Of a DNA stretch of 64,000 nucleotides, positions 59,379 to 64,000 are shown one piece after another; positions within the stretch are counted from its first letter, which is position 1; each line of letters begins with the position of its first letter. Source of the stretch: Macrostomum lignano (taxonomy: Eukaryota); NCBI GenBank assembly GCA_002269645.1, contig NIVC01000104.1, forward strand, positions 921,403 through 985,402, given 5' to 3'. Under the pieces are notes generated by a model. It saw only the letters and a program-made list of their open reading frames with translations, had not been told where the DNA came from and made no database searches. The position numbers and the translations under genes are program-made.

Positions 59379-62300
59379 ATGAAGCCGTCATTGCTGACTA
59401 CAGTTGCTAGCATATTAAGCAACCATAGTGCTAATGCTGATGCTGTCTAGGCCAGTAGTGCTTACAAAGAGTCACTTTTGGCAAGTTCATGTTGTACGAG
59501 CAGCTGCGCATCTACCGGACCAAGTACGGAGTCTCCGGGTATTATGACTCTACGAAAGACACTTTAGTTCTCAACAAGAGCCAAGAAAGCGATCTGCCGG
59601 CAGTGCCCAGTATTGACCTGGTGCAGGACTCAAATCGACTCTCGTCGAAGTTGGCTGTGAGCAACATCGATTTGGCCACGGGTGGCCTATCAAATATTCA
59701 ATGGACTCTGCCAAGGCGATCAGGCTTTGCCTGGGGCGTGCGGAGCGGTCACGTGAGATCTATCTTTGTGCTATAGGAGTGTCTTGAAGGTGAAGGTTAT
59801 GGCGATATGGTAGAGCATGCAGTCTTTTTCCGGGTCAGTTGGTCCTAGAGAGTTTACATTCTCCCCCCCCCTGTTTAATAATTCTCCCACCAAAAACCCA
59901 AATTCCAATTCCCGGCCTGTATCCGTTGTTGGTTCTAAGCTACATACATGTACATGGAGATAGATTAAAGCTACAGAAAAATATTTCCAAACTTAAAATC
60001 AACACCATCAAAGATCCCAACAACCACAGATTTATAATTCTACCAAGACGTCACTCTTTCACTGGACTAATCTTCAAGAAGTCCGGGTTTTTTAAGTGTC
60101 GCTTTATCTGTAGACATAGTATGAACTGAATTGTCAATTAAAAAACTCTTCGCCCGCAGAGCTCGGTGCCTCGTTACATTAAAAACGGCTGGACAGTGAA
60201 GAACGTGCCGCAAGGCTACTTGGTGCCAATGTGCGTGTGCAACGGGCGGCCAGCGGTGCACCGGGTTATAACGCGACTGGCCAACTTTGAGCCATTCGTT
60301 CCATTGCTGGACAAAGGATTTAGTCACCTATCAACGATAGTGATGGAGTCCTGCCGGGAGCATAGCAGAATAGAAGTCTATTGGCCGCCTGGTTGCATCG
60401 ATTGCAAATTAGAGACGACAAGAACGTGCACCGTTGTATCTAAGAATAACGAATCGCCAATGTGATGTGCAACTGCTATCACGGCTTCGATCCGGTGTCT
60501 AAGTGTTTTAATATTGCCGACAGGTGCACGGAACGAGTGACGCCGCACAGTGCAGAGACTGGGCGCGATCTTTGTCAGGTAATTGGCTAAATTAGCCAGA
60601 GATCTAGAAAAGATCAAAATGAAGTTACGGTTGCGTTCGGACACAAACACTCGCTTTCTGAGGAAGTTTTTTTGAAAGTCCCATATCACTAAACCATGTA
60701 TTAGATAGAGAGATAGAAAATCTACATTTTTAGGCACTGAATGGACGAATTTTTGCCTCATGGATCAAGCTCTAAACAAACGCATACCAATTTTATATGC
60801 ATTTGAAAGCCCAAAATGTGAGATTATTGACAATTGAGTGCTAAGTTTCTATCTCGTTTCAAGTGCCCGTTTAAATGAAATTTAGGCCTTCTAATGAATT
60901 GTCCATGGTACTCAAGTGTTACATCCGAATACAAGCGTAACTTCTAGTGTTCCGAGGATCTACTTTTTAGGTCTTAGGATCTTAGGATAAGTACTTAACA
61001 GAAGCATGGCTAAATAAAGCTCAAAAGACTAAGCCTAACGTAACCTAGGTAGTTTGCCGTACAAGCTCTTCAGAACGACTTGCATGTTTCATTAGGTTAG
61101 AGTGCACCAGTGAATAATAAGACTTTTCCTGCATTTTTACGTGGTTATGTCTGTTGCATTTTTTTCCAATAAACGCTTTGTAAATAATTATCAGATTGTT
61201 AGGCTACTAAGTCTCCTAATCTCAACTCAACAGGCCGACATTGGCAACAAGTGCACGACGGACTACATGTGCACGTGCTTCATGCCCTACTTCGAAAACA
61301 AAACCGTGTCCAACTTCCCCAATTGTCGAGGCAGTCGCGGCAAAGGCAGAGGCGCCGCGGCAAAACTCGCGGCAAGAAAATGCCAGAGCAAAGTCTGCGG
61401 CAACGGCGTCTGCGTTGGCCGCGCGCGATGTCGAGTGCAAATGCGACGAAGGCTACGCCGGGCAAGACTGCCGAGATATTTTCAACGCTGTCTGACTGGT
61501 CCGAGTGGAGCGACTGCTTCCCGGCCTGCGGCAACATCGGCGGCCAGTTTCGCCAGCGACCTTGCCAGTCTGCCGACTCAGACGGCCGATTCTGCGAAGG
61601 ATTCCGACGCCAGCACCGTCGCTGCCAACCAGCCCGGTGCTTCGAGAACGAATCGTTTCCAATTTTCGTGCGCAGCTTGCACGACCCGTTGCCGGCTAGT
61701 TTATACATTCGATCCGCTGCAGTCTTTATCGGAACATTCCTATTTGTCTACTGTCTCGGTTTGCTAATCGCGCTGGGCTTCAACTTTCAAGACTGGAAGC
61801 TCGAGTCGGTCAACCAGGCCGGTAAGCTTGCCTACGCAGTCGATCAGGTCTGCGACGAGTTGATGATCCGGCACGCGCCGAGCTGGAGGCCCATCGTCGG
61901 CAGGACAGGATTGAGAAACTCAAGCGTGGACGGAAAACGGGGGGCAACGACGCTTCTTACGCCGACGATGCGACAACGACGAAGAAGAAAGCGATGATGA
62001 GGATGATCTTCAAGGCGAAATTTTAGGGGAGAGCGAAGACTTTTTTCGTATGGGCGTCTTTGTTCCTCACCCAGTGGTCGATCACCTGACTGGCGTGAGC
62101 TCTCTACAGCGGCGCAGACTTAGGCAGGCGAAACTGTCAAAGACAGAGAAGAAAAAACCAACTGAGCAGGATGGCAAGAAGAGCCTGAGCGAGCCGCCAC
62201 AGGTGGGCAAGATTGACTTTGACAGGCTGTTCGTCCCGCTGGCAAAGAAAACTACCGACGAAGAAGATCTCATTGAGGCCAGACGAAGACGAGAGGGTGA

Positions 62301-62382
62301 AGACGATAACGAGGGCGAAGACGATAACGAGGGCGAAGACGATTACGAAGAAGAAGGCGAGGGCGAGGGCGACGCTGTTTAG
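59379..62382 (+). CDS. Type-I membrane protein: signal peptide, EGF-like repeats, TSP1 domain, transmembrane helix, acidic tail; exons about 59379-59752, 60160-60536, 61234-62382; at least 6 frameshifts
   Basis: EGF-like CNCYHGFDPVSKC and VCGNGVC...CKCDEGYAGQDC; TSP1 WSEWSDCFPACG...RQRPC...C; transmembrane AAVFIGTFLFVYCLGLLIALG. Junctions are phase 0 once the indels are corrected. Confidence 0.65.
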
Positions 62383-63256
62383 GCAAGCGTTTGTACGGCA
62401 AAAATTGATATTATTAGACTGATGTCAAACAAATCTTTTCTTTGTTATTTGTAGTTGAAGTTGGTGTTGAATTAGTGTTAAAGTGAAATGGTTCAGAGTC
62501 ACTGCACGTTGTACGAATTTGTTTGGCATCAAGCTTATCCCATTTCCTATCCATTATGCATTCCAACCATTATCTGTCTTACAACTATGGTCATGTGAGA
62601 AGCAGCTGCTGTTTTGCTAAACAGAATGCTTGACCCAAATAATTCGCATTCACTTTATGGTCAGGTCACGTGAAGGCCATTCTCTACAGCAGAAATCAAC
62701 GGAGATCTCCCGCTAACTTTATGGGATGAGCTCCAGCTCGATATATGCATATAAATACGAGTACGAGTACTTCCATTGGGGGAAGAAGGACGATGAGCGC
62801 CCCTAGAACGGAGGCTGCACAAAAGGAAAAAAGGGGAAGAGGGGAACGACTTTGAGTAGCCAGGCAATGTGTACTTCTGTACTATCCCTCTCTAAATATA
62901 TCCCTTCCTTGTCTCTCTCTCTCCTCTTGGAGCAAGAATGTACTACTCTGAAGAAGTGAATAGACTACAAGGAAAGCAAATTTAAATATGAACCCCGCCC
63001 ATGTTCTGGAGCACTGACTTTCTCTCTCCCGTTGGAATAAAATTTGCATGCCAGCAGGCAAAAGAACTGCGAGTAACTTCCTCTTACTCTTATAATTTCA
63101 CTCCAAATTCGACAAGCGCCTTAGAAGAACTGCAATGCGCAGTTTTTCTTCGGCTACGGTTTGTTAAACGTAGTTTTTAAACAACTCTCGCTTACCTGTG
63201 AGTTGCTCGTAACCCGGCCATCTATAGGGCCTTGATTTATAACTGTATTTTAAATC

Positions 63257-63619
63257 ATGGCCGAATGCTACAGTCGCTATGGCGACATCGACCAGCTGTT
63301 GGAGGACGTTCTGTTGTCGCCGTCGAATCATCATCGACCGTTGCACGTCAGTTCGGCTGGCGGCAAGGCAAGCGACGGCGATGTCTACGCAGAGGTGAAT
63401 AAAGAGACACCTGCGGGAGTTCATCAAGCCAAGAAGCTGCCTGCATCGTCGAATACTGCCCCTGACGGCATTGAATACCAACTGGAACGGCTGAGGCGGC
63501 TGACCACCACCGGCAGGACTCCGTGGGCAAAGAGGTGCCAGTCGTACGAAGTGCTGGAGCGAGTCAGCAGCTTCAGAGTTCATCCACCGCTGCACCACCA
63601 CCGAGTAATCAGGCACTGA
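63257..63619 (+). CDS. Probable first coding exon of a gene of unknown function, continuing beyond the window
   Basis: 120-aa ORF with coding-like composition (MAECYSRYGDIDQLLEDV...DVYAEV); possible donor CGA|GTAATC at about 63605. Confidence 0.45.
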   Translation: MAECYSRYGDIDQLLEDVLLSPSNHHRPLHVSSAGGKASDGDVYAEVNKETPAGVHQAKKLPASSNTAPDGIEYQLERLRRLTTTGRTPWAKRCQSYEVLERVSSFRVHPPLHHHRVIRH

Positions 63620-63638
63620 TCAATGCAGACCCTAATTA

Positions 63639-64000
<362 letters not shown>

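Overview
This is eukaryotic (animal) genomic DNA, not prokaryotic. It has GT-AG introns, GC-rich exons in AT-rich spacers, and a very heavy load of micro- and minisatellites. The style resembles the flatworm Macrostomum, but that is inference only. Genes reconstructed by hand with phase-consistent splice sites: a 2-exon C2H2 zinc-finger gene; an intronless UCP2/3-like mitochondrial carrier; two tandem paralogues of a secreted PAN/apple-like + ALK/LTK glycine-rich-domain protein (one intact at 401 aa, one damaged); two identical 62-aa prepropeptide genes predicted to release the amidated cationic octapeptide FVRVRVRL-NH2; a 17-18-exon four-EF-hand gene (35996-57751) with 8-nt and 18-nt microexons; an EGF/TSP1 type-I membrane protein gene; and the start of another gene. 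Mobile DNA: a very young Ty3/Gypsy element (identical LTRs, ATAT TSD, -1 frameshift signal), a decayed Gypsy, a gag remnant, a non-coding TRIM-like LTR element, a hAT MITE, a 3.2-kb TIR element, another MITE-like inverted repeat and a CORE-type tRNA SINE. Scattered 1-bp indels, mostly in short homopolymer runs, suggest long-read consensus errors, so pseudogene calls are provisional. Best novelty candidates: the duplicated, apparently gene-converted VR-repeat peptide precursor, and a microexon that would interrupt an EF-hand Ca2+ loop.
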